The position numbers were made by a program, and so were the translations under genes. Under the pieces are notes generated by a model. That model was not told the origin of the DNA. It saw only the letters and a list, made by a program, of their open reading frames with translations, and ran no database searches. This document shows positions 17,418 to 27,552 of a stretch of DNA of 64,000 nt, one piece after another (position 1 is the stretch's first letter; every line of letters starts with the position of its first letter). This DNA comes from a virus (lineage: Duplodnaviria; Caudoviricetes): the IMG/VR virus record IMGVR_UViG_2767802241_000002, positions 32,001 to 96,000 of that record; one strand, 5' to 3'.

Positions 17418-17897
17418 ATGAATATTTTACTTAAATGCGTTAAACAGTCTGGATATTCGTTGCGTCATCCGAGTGGTGTTATCGCGCAGCAATTAGACGG
17501 CGGTGCACCACGTATGCGCCGTATTGCACGAAATAATTGGCGTACGGTCAATGTAAGCTGGACTGTTAGAGCATCGGGCTATCAATACTTGTGCGCATTT
17601 CATGAAGTGTGGTGTGAAAACCCAAGCCAGCCATTTTATGCCAATTTGATTGTCGATGGTCCTGAATATAAAGCTTACACATGCCATTTTGTACCCGATT
17701 CATTTGGTTTGGACAGCAAAGAAGGACCTATCTTCAATGTGTCAGCGCAGTTCATCGTTAAGCCGATTGTTGATCGTGATTTGAATCAAGTGATTGTGGA
17801 AGCTGGCAATGAGGGAGTGGATATTAATGACATTCTTAATCCGCTTGACCATCTTGTAAACGTGGCATTACCAAACGCATTAAGGAATATTAAATGA
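17418..17897 (+). CDS. Minor tail protein (distal tail-like)
   Basis: First tail-tip gene after TMP; QLDGGAPRMR motif. Confidence 0.7.
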   Translation: MNILLKCVKQSGYSLRHPSGVIAQQLDGGAPRMRRIARNNWRTVNVSWTVRASGYQYLCAFHEVWCENPSQPFYANLIVDGPEYKAYTCHFVPDSFGLDSKEGPIFNVSAQFIVKPIVDRDLNQVIVEAGNEGVDINDILNPLDHLVNVALPNALRNIK

Positions 17898-18379
17898 GTG
17901 AATACACATCATTTTATCTGAATGCACCTGGTACTGTTGCTGAAGTAAATTGCATTGAGATTAAGCACCCAACGTTCAGCTTTTTTTTGCAGTCATACGA
18001 TGAAGATACATTCGCTGTAACGCATGAGAATGGTCAGCGTCAGTTCTACGTTTATTTGCCGATGCAGATTGATCGATCCAACGTCAATAACGATCTAGAG
18101 CAAGTTGTAAAAATGACGATCAATGATTTTGATGATCGATTAATTGAAGCATATAACAATATTCAAGATAAGCGCCCAGTTGAGTTTAGACAACGTATTT
18201 ACCGCGATAACAATCTTGATTCTCCGATGATTGTGCTACAAACCCTGCATGTGACGAGTATGTCTAAAGACAGCAAAGGTAATGTGACGTTTGAAGCGAA
18301 AGCGCCTGAACTGAATAGTGTTAGGACTGGTGATACATATACGTTTGAGCGTTTTCCAATGCTGAGATACACAATATGA
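17894..18379 (+). CDS. Minor tail protein (DUF1833-like)
   Basis: IEIKHPTF...APELNSVRTGDTYTFERFP; translationally coupled. Confidence 0.75.
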   Translation: MSEYTSFYLNAPGTVAEVNCIEIKHPTFSFFLQSYDEDTFAVTHENGQRQFYVYLPMQIDRSNVNNDLEQVVKMTINDFDDRLIEAYNNIQDKRPVEFRQRIYRDNNLDSPMIVLQTLHVTSMSKDSKGNVTFEAKAPELNSVRTGDTYTFERFPMLRYTI

Positions 18380-18684
18380 TTGAGCAGCTATTAAATCGTG
18401 AACGGCGCGCTGATTATGATTGCCAAGATTTTGTAAATGAAGCGTGGGAGCTGATCACTGGTGAGGATCTAGCTCAACGATTACTAGACCATCAAAATCA
18501 TCGTAAATTGCTTGAACGACTAGATGAACCAGTCTCGCCGTGTCTAGTTTATTTCTCTAGTGCCCGATATGAAAACCATGTCGGGCTTTTTTATTCCGGC
18601 AAGGTTTTGCATCTGGCGAATGCCGCACAATATGTGCCGCTAGATCTTATTTTCGGCTTTGATCAGTGTGAGTTTTATCGATGA
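18376..18684 (+). CDS. Tail-tip NlpC/P60-like protein
   Basis: YDCQDFV...HVGLF...VLH triad pattern. Confidence 0.7.
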   Translation: MIEQLLNRERRADYDCQDFVNEAWELITGEDLAQRLLDHQNHRKLLERLDEPVSPCLVYFSSARYENHVGLFYSGKVLHLANAAQYVPLDLIFGFDQCEFYR

Positions 18685-21542
18685 AAAGAGTTTGTATTAA
18701 AAAAACGACAGTCGATTTAAACGAAGAGTTTATCGAAGTTGAAAACATCACGGAGTATCTGCGAGAGCAGCTTAAACTTGATTACTTTCCAGAAACTGGT
18801 CGCATTTATCACAATGCGATTGCACTTGAAAACGATGTAACGCCGTGTGATGAAGAGTCAGAGAAAAGACTGGAGCGGCTGGAAGGTGACTTCTATGTAG
18901 TTATTGAGGCTGGATATGGTGCTATGGAGATTGCAGTACTGGTTGTGATGGCTATTGTTGCCGCATTCTCTGTCTACACATACATGACAATGCCTAAGCC
19001 GCAAGTTTCGGCGGCACAGTCAGCAAACAACGACATGGCATCGCGGCAGAATCAAATTCGTGTTGGCGGTCGTGTTCCTGAAATATTCGGTACCATACGC
19101 TGCTATCCCGACATGATCGCCGCTTCTTACGTTTTCTACAATGCTGATGACAAAGAAATTGAAGTAAGTCTAATGGTCATCGGTCGTGGCTACTACGATA
19201 TTCATGATTGCCGTGAAGACTCAACTGATGTGCATGACATCCAAGGCTACAAAGTCTCTGTTTACGATCCATTTACCTCAATCATGGGTGATGCAATCTA
19301 CCAAGTCGGTGAAAAATTTGATTACTATCCACCAGTGACGTTGAAATCAAAATCAATCAATGGTCAAACGCTAGAAATGCCGAATGATCAAAAGATTGAA
19401 TCAACAGACATTTACTTTGTTTACCCAAACCTAATCAAAGCTCGCAGCAATCTTCAATTTACCAGCCTTTTTAATGCCAAAGATAATATTGCGATCTACG
19501 GCGCTGAATTTGGCGTTGAAGATGTGCAGTGGTCAGGTACAACGCTGTTTACAACAGATCGCAAGATCATTGTGAATTCTGTGCAAAATGTAGATTCTGT
19601 AGATGATTTTAAAGGTGTGATCTTAAATGGCGCTTTGATTGAAATCATTACAGAGGTGTTGCCTGAGGAAGAGGGTGAGCCGCCAAAATTTATCACCACA
19701 TATAAAGATATTTCAGGGCAATATCGTGTTGCCAATATTTCAAAAGAGAATATGGGCAATACTTTCCGCTACGAAATTACTTTAGCTAATGCACTTGAAG
19801 TCAACTCAAACTGGCGTTTTATCACAAAAAATGAAACGGCAATTGCTGGTGTCAAGTTGACCAATAATAAGTTGGCGATCAATTTAAGTGGTTCTTATCA
19901 GATTGATAGTGTCACAGATGATCGGATTATCTTAAAAGATCCTGACCAGGTGAACGGTGGTTGGCTTCAACTTCTATCGCTACCAAATCACTCAACAGTC
20001 GACCAGCTCAAATCTATTCGACTTGATCTCTTAGATAGCGTCTGGGTTGGCTGGCACAACTTAGAAATGCCGGAAACCGAGGAAATTGTTTTTAACTTTT
20101 TCTTTCAAAACGGCTTGTTTTATCAGGATAGTAAAGGTGGTGTTTGGGCTGAATGGATGGATGTATTGATTGAATATCAGTATATCAATGATGCAAATCA
20201 GCCGATCGGTGAAGTCTTTCAAGAGACAAGACATATAAATAAAAAGTCTAAATCACCGTTCGGTACTACTGTTCGCATTGAATTGCCTTACAACGACTCG
20301 GTGCGTTTCCGTTTAGCGCGAACAACACCAACGAAGAATGATAAATCTCAGGATTTGTGCAAGATCAAAGATGTTTATGCGGTCGCAAAAAGCACGAAAG
20401 TTAACTATGGCGATGTCACTGTATTGCGGCTAGAAAGTTCTGGGACCGATGGGGCGTTATCTCTTAAAGAGAAAAAGCTCAATCTTTTAGTGACTCGGAA
20501 GCTGCCAGTCGATGGTACCGGTCCGTTAGTACCGACGCGTGATGCTGGGCAAGCGCTGATTAATCTTGCACTTGATGGTAAGAATGGTCGGCGCTCAATC
20601 AGTGAAGTTGATATTCAGCAAATTAAATCAGAGATTCAAGCGGTAAAAAGCTACTTTGGTTCTGAAAAGGCTGCTGAGTTTTGCTACACGATTGATGATG
20701 CCAATCTGTCATTTGAAGAAATTGCAGGGATGATTGCAAGCGCCGTGTTCTGTGAGCCGTATCGCTTTGGTTCTAAGCTCAGATTGAAATTTGAAAAGCC
20801 GCAAGAAATTGCAGTTTTGCTTTTTAATCATCGCAATAAGGTGCCGCAGTCTGAGACTCGCACAAGGACGCAACAGATCGAGAAAGATTATGACGGTCTA
20901 GAGCTTGAATACACCGATCCAAGTGATGACGCTCGTATCAAGTATTACATTTGGTATGACATCAACACAGATCAAGCGTATGAGGGTGAGGGTGCACGCA
21001 ATCCGATGACCATCAAGACCACAGGTATCCGTAATCATGAGCAAGCTAAAACGCGAGCTTGGCGTGAGTGGAATAAGCTGCAGTATCGCCGTGTGACAAC
21101 AAAGTTTGAAGCGCTTGACGAGTCAAATCTACTTGCTAGAAATGACAAGATTCTAGTTGCTGATAACTGTAGTTTGCGGACGCAAGATGGTGGAGTGGAT
21201 GCAGTCAATGGTCTTGTTTTACTGCTTTCTCAAGATGTTGAGATGCAAGATAACGCATCATACAAGATCTGTTTGCAGTTGAGTGATGGCACTGTAGATA
21301 TTGTGCCTTGCTCCAAGCATGCGCCGTATCAAGTCGTACTATCTCGACCGCCTCGGTTGCCGCTTGTCGTTGATGATGATCGATATGCCAAGACGACGTA
21401 TCAGATAGTCAGCTCGCTTGGTGATGGTAATACAAACGCATTCATGTTGACAGAGATGGATCTAGCAAGTCGCATGACAAACAACATCACAGCAATCAAC
21501 TACGATGATCGATACTACAAAGATGATCACCGTTTTTTCTAA
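18681..21542 (+). CDS. Central tail tip / host-specificity protein
   Basis: 953 aa; RQNQIRVGGRVPEIFG...YPD; ends AINYDDRYY. Confidence 0.85.
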   Translation: MKRVCIKKTTVDLNEEFIEVENITEYLREQLKLDYFPETGRIYHNAIALENDVTPCDEESEKRLERLEGDFYVVIEAGYGAMEIAVLVVMAIVAAFSVYTYMTMPKPQVSAAQSANNDMASRQNQIRVGGRVPEIFGTIRCYPDMIAASYVFYNADDKEIEVSLMVIGRGYYDIHDCREDSTDVHDIQGYKVSVYDPFTSIMGDAIYQVGEKFDYYPPVTLKSKSINGQTLEMPNDQKIESTDIYFVYPNLIKARSNLQFTSLFNAKDNIAIYGAEFGVEDVQWSGTTLFTTDRKIIVNSVQNVDSVDDFKGVILNGALIEIITEVLPEEEGEPPKFITTYKDISGQYRVANISKENMGNTFRYEITLANALEVNSNWRFITKNETAIAGVKLTNNKLAINLSGSYQIDSVTDDRIILKDPDQVNGGWLQLLSLPNHSTVDQLKSIRLDLLDSVWVGWHNLEMPETEEIVFNFFFQNGLFYQDSKGGVWAEWMDVLIEYQYINDANQPIGEVFQETRHINKKSKSPFGTTVRIELPYNDSVRFRLARTTPTKNDKSQDLCKIKDVYAVAKSTKVNYGDVTVLRLESSGTDGALSLKEKKLNLLVTRKLPVDGTGPLVPTRDAGQALINLALDGKNGRRSISEVDIQQIKSEIQAVKSYFGSEKAAEFCYTIDDANLSFEEIAGMIASAVFCEPYRFGSKLRLKFEKPQEIAVLLFNHRNKVPQSETRTRTQQIEKDYDGLELEYTDPSDDARIKYYIWYDINTDQAYEGEGARNPMTIKTTGIRNHEQAKTRAWREWNKLQYRRVTTKFEALDESNLLARNDKILVADNCSLRTQDGGVDAVNGLVLLLSQDVEMQDNASYKICLQLSDGTVDIVPCSKHAPYQVVLSRPPRLPLVVDDDRYAKTTYQIVSSLGDGNTNAFMLTEMDLASRMTNNITAINYDDRYYKDDHRFF

Positions 21543-21600
21543 TTAATTGAAATCCATAAGCCGCCGAAAGGCGGTTTTTTATTGCCAGGGGAAAAGTAAG

Positions 21601-23964
21601 ATGGCAGATAAAATTGTAACTGTGCAAAAGCTGCAAGATGCTGATAAAGACTGTGATTCGCTTGATGACGTGATTAGTGGTGGAGAGTACGACACGGTAA
21701 AAACGCGCCGTGGTAAAGAGTACCCGACAATGCCTAATGCGATTCGCCAATTGATGGAAAACGGTGGGTTTAAGCCATTTGCGACAGAATCTGAATTGCT
21801 TGCTTATGTTCCGGCGATCAACCCGAGCGCTGCCAAAGCTTTGGACACTAAAAAGATTTGGCTATGGGACGGCACGCGCTGGAACGACACGGGTTTGAGT
21901 GAGTTGGATCAGGCGAATGATTTCACTAGAAGCTTAGGGGCATTGAGACTCAACCAAGGCAATAAAACGCCTTTCAAGTTTTTGCCACGTAATAACATTA
22001 ATACCGAAGTTGATCTAGATAACACATCATCTGCATGGGTAATGAGCAAAGTATTAAAAGTTGAAGTACAAAATGCTAGAGCTAATAAATACTATCGCAT
22101 TGCAACAGCATACACAGCAACTGATACAACTTATCCATGCCGTTGGATTATCGAAGAGTGTGATGTTTTGGATTTTGATAAAAAAGACACATCAACGCGA
22201 ATTATCACTAATACTCATGCACAGCCAATTTGGAAAAATAATACTGATATTCAGACTATTGTTTTAACGCCAACAGCTGCAGCATATAACGATATACGCA
22301 TCATCGTAACAATTGACACTAATATTGCTACCGGAACTTTTAGAGCAATCAATCCAACCCAAACTGCTTATGCATTAATCATCGACCCTGCATTTTACAT
22401 ATATAAGACATCAACATCAGAAGCCGAGGTCAATACTATTGTGACCAATGAGAATATTAAGTTAAATTCATTGGAGTTAAATCGCGGCAAGAACATTCCT
22501 TTGTTACAAAAGAAGCGAAACAATATTAGTTCAGAGCCATCAGCAGGGTTAAATAATATCTTACTTGGTGTAAAAGTAATTAATGCTCAAGAGGGTTTTT
22601 TCTATCGCATCGCCTATTTCGTGAATGGTAGTACAGCTTTATCGGGATCTCACCCAGAAGGTTGGCGTATTGAGAAAATTGCAAAAGATAATTATGAGAA
22701 TCAAGATAATGCAGTTTCATTGATTATTACGAATACGGATGTACCAACTCAAATTTTAGATCGTGTTGCAAAAGGGATTCAAAAGATTACTTTAAAATCT
22801 CCACGCAGTAGTGAAATTATAGATTTAACAATTGATGTTGATCGGCTGCCAAATTACGGTTCATTTATGCGTTATAACTTGCCTACAGACCCTTCCTATT
22901 CATTTGTAATACATCCCATTTATTACGATTTTGCAGAGGATGAAATTGTTATTCCGAGTATCTCTGGTATTGGTTATAGCTATAACACTACTCGAAAACG
23001 ATTAACACTTACATGGCAAAATGGAAAAACATTATATAGCCAAGTGTTTGGAATAAACGGGTTTAATGATCTGCCTAATTTTACATCTTTATCGAAAAAG
23101 GGAATTAATGACACTGAGTGGGTTTTGATTCAGAGTTATGCATCCGATGTATTACCCCCACTGATTATTGATGCTGTTGATAATCCTACTGCACCCGATC
23201 TTCCATCTATCTACACAGGTGGAAATCACGGGACAAGTGGTAGTGCTGGCGGATTTAAAACTGCGATAAACGACAACTATCAAATCATACTAGGTGGTAA
23301 TGCTATTGATATGTCTAAAAATCAAAGCGGAATAACTGATTCTGTAAAGATAAATATTTCTAATCGTCTACATGCTTGCAATACGATTCAAGTAGATAAT
23401 ACACCTGGCCGCTACGTGATACAGCAGAATTTCATGATCGATTTTAAGGATGGCTCTTGGTGTGTTACTTGTTTTAATAAAAAGTTAGAAGATGTAAATG
23501 TCCGAGGAGATAATGGTCTACAGACCTTTAGCCAAGGCTTGCAAGAAAGTTGGTTATTTTTAGATGGACAGTATGCACATAGAGTACCTTTTGACCCAAC
23601 TCAAGACTCAGGGATTTATAAAGATTATCCTAATTGTTGGGCAATGGTTTTACAGGGAAATAATACTCAATGGGTATCATGGTATGACAAAACAGTTGGG
23701 TTAGGGGATGGTTCACAGATCAGCAATAATGCTAAGCGGTTTAGAGGAGGTGGTTCTAGTAATACTAAGATTTATGCTGCTGCAATTTCTGCAAAGCCAC
23801 TGCTTATGACAACGGTTGATAGTTACTCATGGCGAATGGGCTTTTCTATTCAAAGCACCGAAATACCTAAGCCACTTAATACAGATAGCTCTTTTATCTG
23901 GAATAGGCTTGGTAAAACTGCCAATGTATTAGTCTATGATGCATCAACATATTTTATGGAATAG
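21601..23964 (+). CDS. Tail fibre / receptor-binding protein
   Basis: N-terminal anchor (TRRGKEYPTM; WLWDGTRWNDTGLS) followed by an AT-rich variable body. Confidence 0.8.
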   Translation: MADKIVTVQKLQDADKDCDSLDDVISGGEYDTVKTRRGKEYPTMPNAIRQLMENGGFKPFATESELLAYVPAINPSAAKALDTKKIWLWDGTRWNDTGLSELDQANDFTRSLGALRLNQGNKTPFKFLPRNNINTEVDLDNTSSAWVMSKVLKVEVQNARANKYYRIATAYTATDTTYPCRWIIEECDVLDFDKKDTSTRIITNTHAQPIWKNNTDIQTIVLTPTAAAYNDIRIIVTIDTNIATGTFRAINPTQTAYALIIDPAFYIYKTSTSEAEVNTIVTNENIKLNSLELNRGKNIPLLQKKRNNISSEPSAGLNNILLGVKVINAQEGFFYRIAYFVNGSTALSGSHPEGWRIEKIAKDNYENQDNAVSLIITNTDVPTQILDRVAKGIQKITLKSPRSSEIIDLTIDVDRLPNYGSFMRYNLPTDPSYSFVIHPIYYDFAEDEIVIPSISGIGYSYNTTRKRLTLTWQNGKTLYSQVFGINGFNDLPNFTSLSKKGINDTEWVLIQSYASDVLPPLIIDAVDNPTAPDLPSIYTGGNHGTSGSAGGFKTAINDNYQIILGGNAIDMSKNQSGITDSVKINISNRLHACNTIQVDNTPGRYVIQQNFMIDFKDGSWCVTCFNKKLEDVNVRGDNGLQTFSQGLQESWLFLDGQYAHRVPFDPTQDSGIYKDYPNCWAMVLQGNNTQWVSWYDKTVGLGDGSQISNNAKRFRGGGSSNTKIYAAAISAKPLLMTTVDSYSWRMGFSIQSTEIPKPLNTDSSFIWNRLGKTANVLVYDASTYFME

Positions 23965-24019
23965 CAGACTCATTGTGCCGCGAAAGCGGTTTTTTTACAC
24001 CCAAAATTCAGGAAAACCA

Positions 24020-24397
24020 ATGGAACCAGTGTCCACAGGCAGCTTGACTGCCTTTTTAAAATTCTACGGCGCAGCAATCGCCGTGACCTTGGCAATCGCG
24101 CTTGTGGCTACGGTTGTTATCATGATGCGCTTTCCTCGCTCACCACAAGAATGGGCAGTCGGCTTAATTTGCACAGTGGTATCAAGCCTAGCTGGTGGCT
24201 CATTCATCATCGTTAAATATGGTCTGCATGAATGGGTCACTGATATCTGGGGAATGATTGCCCTTGGGGGTTTTTTTTTCGTCTGCGGTTTACCAGGATG
24301 GGCAATTGTGCGCTGGACCTTTAACTTCATAAATCGACAAGAGGGGAAAACGATTGTTGAGGTAGTGAAAGAACTCAAGAAGATGAAAGATGAATAA
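24020..24397 (+). CDS. Holin (3 TM)
   Basis: Three hydrophobic helices and a basic C-terminus; lies before the endolysin. Confidence 0.75.
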   Translation: MEPVSTGSLTAFLKFYGAAIAVTLAIALVATVVIMMRFPRSPQEWAVGLICTVVSSLAGGSFIIVKYGLHEWVTDIWGMIALGGFFFVCGLPGWAIVRWTFNFINRQEGKTIVEVVKELKKMKDE

Positions 24398-24449
24398 TTT
24401 AAATAAATTTAAGCCGCCGAAAGGCGGTTTTTAATTAGGGATAAGTGAA

Positions 24450-25034
24450 ATGAAAAAACTCACACAACAGCAAATCGAAGTACAAGCCACGGCGCTCGGT
24501 GTTTCAGTTGCAGCATTACGCGCCGTGATTGAAGTTGAATGTCGTAATTCGGGCTTTAATTCAGATGGTACACCCGTCATTCTATTTGAGTGTCATGTAT
24601 TTCGGCAGCGATTGATTGCGAATGGCAAAGCTAATATCGCAGCCAAAGCCATGCGTGAACGTCCAGATCTCTGCAATACATCATCTGGCAACTATGGCTT
24701 ATATTCAGCTCAGCATGGACGCTTAAATGTGGCAGCTCAATATCATCGTGATTCAGCATTAGAATCTGCAAGCTGGGGGCTTGGCCAGGTGATGGGCTAT
24801 CATTGGAAATCACTAGGTTACGCTTCACTACAAAGCTTTATCAATGCCATGTATCGCAATGAAGCCTCGCAGCTTGAGACGATGTGTCGCTATATCAAAG
24901 TAAATAATCTTATTAAAGCTTTGCAGAATAAAGATTGGAAAGCCTTCGCACGTGGTTATAACGGTCCAGCATACGCAGCGAATAAATATGATGTAAAACT
25001 TGCTGCAGCATATAAAAAGTGGGGTGGTAAATGA
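24450..25034 (+). CDS. Endolysin, N-acetylmuramidase (DUF3380-like)
   Basis: AVIEVE...SASWGLGQVMG...FARGYNG...YDVKL. Confidence 0.85.
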   Translation: MKKLTQQQIEVQATALGVSVAALRAVIEVECRNSGFNSDGTPVILFECHVFRQRLIANGKANIAAKAMRERPDLCNTSSGNYGLYSAQHGRLNVAAQYHRDSALESASWGLGQVMGYHWKSLGYASLQSFINAMYRNEASQLETMCRYIKVNNLIKALQNKDWKAFARGYNGPAYAANKYDVKLAAAYKKWGGK

Positions 25035-25396
25035 ACTGGTACCTACTCTGGAAATACAAACACTGGATCGCAATCGCGGTCCTTTCTTTTATCTGTTTAG
25101 GGCAATTGGCTTATACCAATCATTTGGGTGGTGAGCTGCGTAAAGCTGAGGCAGCGTGCACAGCCAAAATCGACAAGATTCACGCTGACAATGCCAAAGC
25201 TCTAACCGCACAACAAAACAAACTCAATCAAGCGAGTGCCGACTATGAAAAACTCAAATCCGAGCAACGAGTCAAAACAGAAACCGTTACACGTGAAGTG
25301 CAAAAGATCATTGATCGTCCTGTTTATCTCAATCAGTGTTTTGATGATGACGGCGTGTCAGCAATCAACAGTCTTATCGCCGTCGATTCCAGCTAA
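25031..25396 (+). CDS. Inner-membrane spanin (Rz-like)
   Basis: N-terminal TM followed by a coiled coil; after the endolysin. Confidence 0.75.
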   Translation: MNWYLLWKYKHWIAIAVLSFICLGQLAYTNHLGGELRKAEAACTAKIDKIHADNAKALTAQQNKLNQASADYEKLKSEQRVKTETVTREVQKIIDRPVYLNQCFDDDGVSAINSLIAVDSS

Positions 25397-25535
25397 CCTA
25401 CTCACACCTTGCCCTGATCTGCAAAAGCTAGAATCAGGGCAGGCTAGTGCCGTGATTCTTTGGGCTGTGGATGTTGTCATTAAATATAATGAGTGTAAGG
25501 CGAGGCATGGGGCGGTGGTGAGGGTGATTGATTGA
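25293..25535 (+). CDS. Outer-membrane spanin (Rz1-like lipoprotein)
   Basis: Lipobox MTAC; PANLLTPCPDL...YNECKARH; overlaps the i-spanin. Confidence 0.75.
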   Translation: MKCKRSLIVLFISISVLMMTACQQSTVLSPSIPANLLTPCPDLQKLESGQASAVILWAVDVVIKYNECKARHGAVVRVID

Positions 25536-25600
25536 GGGGTGGAGGATTAACTAAATTGAATTCTAAGCCGACCTTATCAACAGATGGGAGCTACTTAATA

Positions 25601-25790
25601 CCCCGAAAGAACCCCGAAAATGCCCCTAACAAAAAAGCCCACTTTTTAAGATGGGCTTTAACGTGTTGATTTAACAACTAAATTTGGTAGGCATATCCAG
25701 ATTTGAACTGGAGACCTCTACGATGTCAAGGTAATGTATATCTATATAAATCAATAGCTTAAGTTTATTTGGGGCAATATTGGGACAATT
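25601..25790. other. Hybrid att junction between the tandem prophages
   Basis: tRNA core flanked by IHF consensus sites (25659-25671 minus; AATCAATAGCTTA at ~25749) and arm-like repeats CCCCGAAA x2 (left) and GGGGCAAT/GGGACAAT (right). Confidence 0.75.
25685..25729 (-). pseudogene. 3' half of tRNA-Val(GAC), serving as the att core
   Basis: Minus strand TTGACATCGTAGAGGTCTCCAGTTCAAATCTGGATATGCCTACCA gives anticodon loop, T-arm and CCA; no D-arm or 5' acceptor strand; terminator at 25630-25658. Confidence 0.85.
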
Positions 25791-25860
25791 GCAAAGTTAT
25801 CCACAATAAATTGATGATTTTAATGACTATTATACATGTCTTATAAAAGAAGAAAGAGGG

Positions 25861-26145
25861 TTAATTAACCCTCTTTCTACCTGTCTTTTGTTTACCTAAA
25901 CTTAGGATACGTTCTGCTTCTTCTGGATTGTATAAATGCTTATTTGGTGTTCCTTTATTTATTGGTAATAAGCGGCTCCTGATGGTCTTAACATCTAGAT
26001 TGTATTGTTTCGATAAATAAGCTGCTGATACCAATTGAGGGCTAATATCTTTAATTGATATGACTTTAGCACCACCAATTTCTGCACCTACATGTAAGGC
26101 TGGTGCCTCACCTTGCACCGTAATAGCGTAAATACCTACTCCCAT
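25861..26145 (-). CDS. Excisionase-like DNA-binding protein
   Basis: Last early-left gene beside att; HTH-like LVSAAYLSKQYNLDVKTIRSRL; basic tail. Confidence 0.55.
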   Translation of the reverse strand: MGVGIYAITVQGEAPALHVGAEIGGAKVISIKDISPQLVSAAYLSKQYNLDVKTIRSRLLPINKGTPNKHLYNPEEAERILSLGKQKTGRKRVN

Positions 26146-26288
26146 CACTCTCTCCACATCGCTTCTTTAAATTTCGATTCAGTTATTAATTCTTCAATTT
26201 CATATAAATAAACATTATGAAATATATGGGTCATTTTGTTGCCGAACACAGTAAGTGTCTGGCTGATCGATGAATAGCTAAACTTCAT
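26145..26288 (-). CDS. Small hypothetical protein (47 aa, absent from the ORF track)
   Basis: MKFSYSSISQTLTVFGNKMTHIF...WRE*; overlaps both neighbours at their ends. Confidence 0.6.
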   Translation of the reverse strand: MKFSYSSISQTLTVFGNKMTHIFHNVYLYEIEELITESKFKEAMWRE

Positions 26289-27552
26289 GTTCACGCTCCA
26301 GTGCTGCACGGCGTTTATAAACCTCAGCCATTAACTTCTTCTGCATATCTGGTGCTCTGGCACTGATATCTATTTCAAGTGCATCAAGCGCCGTGAGATC
26401 TGCTGCATTTTGAATATCACGCATAAGGCTTGGAGCTTCGGAACTTACTGACTGCTCGAACTGTGATAAACGTTTACTGATAGCAACCAATAATGGTTTA
26501 CGTTGCTCTTCGCTCCATGCAGTTGTATAGCGAACTGGCGCATTGGCTTCGGTCGGTGTTTGTGCATTTACTACATCAACAAGCAGATCATCGAGTTTGA
26601 TTTGATATTCGCGTTCGTCAAATGCATCCTCTAAATCTTTCAGAATGCTGTTGGTAAACATGCGGGATTGCGCAACAGAGTTCTTTAAGCGTTCCAGTTC
26701 ATCTTTGCTTGATGCCTTTGCCACATCAGCTTTAATTTGCTTAGCAATGTTCAAAGGATTTAATTCATCTGAAATCGAAGCCAGTACTTTCTTGCGTTCA
26801 TCGTATGTGGTCATTAACAAATGACCTTGTTCGCCGTGTAAATTACGAAGATCAGGCAGCAGGGCTTCTAGTTCTTCAACTGAAGTGGCTGTAGCAATAC
26901 GTTCACGTAGAATCTTGATTTCATCTTTGTTGTTGCTAAAATCAATCAAGTTATCCGTCTCAACAACGGTATCGCCGACAGCTGTGATAGTTACGGCATC
27001 AGGTTCAGCTGCCTTTAATGATTCAATGGCAGCATCGGTCAGTGTTGTATCTTGAACATCACTAATTGCAGTTTGTGCCGCTTCCTTTTTAACTCTTGGT
27101 TTTCGAGTCTGCTTGGGTTTTTCGTCATCTAATCGAACAACAGGGCAGTCGCCAACCAGCTCGCGACCTAAAACCCTACTAAATGCCTGTAACTGCTGTT
27201 TAGCATTATCTTCATCTCGTTGCGCAAAGCCGCTATTAATTGCTTTGACTAACTTTGAGAAAGTAGCTTTATTAAACTCGCTAATGTGAATAGATGTATC
27301 ATGCGTATTAACGATATAGATTTCCTGACCTTCAATAATTTCATCAAAGGTCAATGGCTTAGTGAAAGTAATACCGGCGACTTCTATTGTTTCAATCTTG
27401 ATGCAAAATTCATAACCAGACTTGGCAAAAATGGTCGCAGGGAATTGGTCCAAGTCATCAAATTCAAGCATTTCACCTGCAGCACGGCAAAGCACATGCT
27501 TGCCGGCCATAACTGCGTTAAAAGCTTCTTGAGCAGAAATTAGATTGTTCAT
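26278..27552 (-). CDS. Phage early hypothetical protein
   Basis: 424 aa; repeated helical units (A.S.EEL..L) in the C-terminal half. Confidence 0.75.
   Translation of the reverse strand: MNNLISAQEAFNAVMAGKHVLCRAAGEMLEFDDLDQFPATIFAKSGYEFCIKIETIEVAGITFTKPLTFDEIIEGQEIYIVNTHDTSIHISEFNKATFSKLVKAINSGFAQRDEDNAKQQLQAFSRVLGRELVGDCPVVRLDDEKPKQTRKPRVKKEAAQTAISDVQDTTLTDAAIESLKAAEPDAVTITAVGDTVVETDNLIDFSNNKDEIKILRERIATATSVEELEALLPDLRNLHGEQGHLLMTTYDERKKVLASISDELNPLNIAKQIKADVAKASSKDELERLKNSVAQSRMFTNSILKDLEDAFDEREYQIKLDDLLVDVVNAQTPTEANAPVRYTTAWSEEQRKPLLVAISKRLSQFEQSVSSEAPSLMRDIQNAADLTALDALEIDISARAPDMQKKLMAEVYKRRAALEREHEV

Larger units (their letters stand above)
1..25684 (+). mobile_element. Prophage 1, right part (tail, accessory island, lysis); left part lies outside the window
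   Basis: Contiguous tail tube-TAC-TMP-tip-fibre-holin-endolysin-spanin order, ending at a tRNA-derived att core. Confidence 0.9.

Noticed and set aside
24580-24600. Endolysin LFECH where homologues are recalled to have LFERH, as an inactivating mutation
   Set aside because: A single substitution away from the presumed catalytic Glu; cannot be judged without an alignment
25685-25736. Functional tRNA-Val gene
   Set aside because: Only the anticodon loop to CCA is present; the 5' anticodon stem is mismatched and the D-arm and 5' acceptor strand are absent
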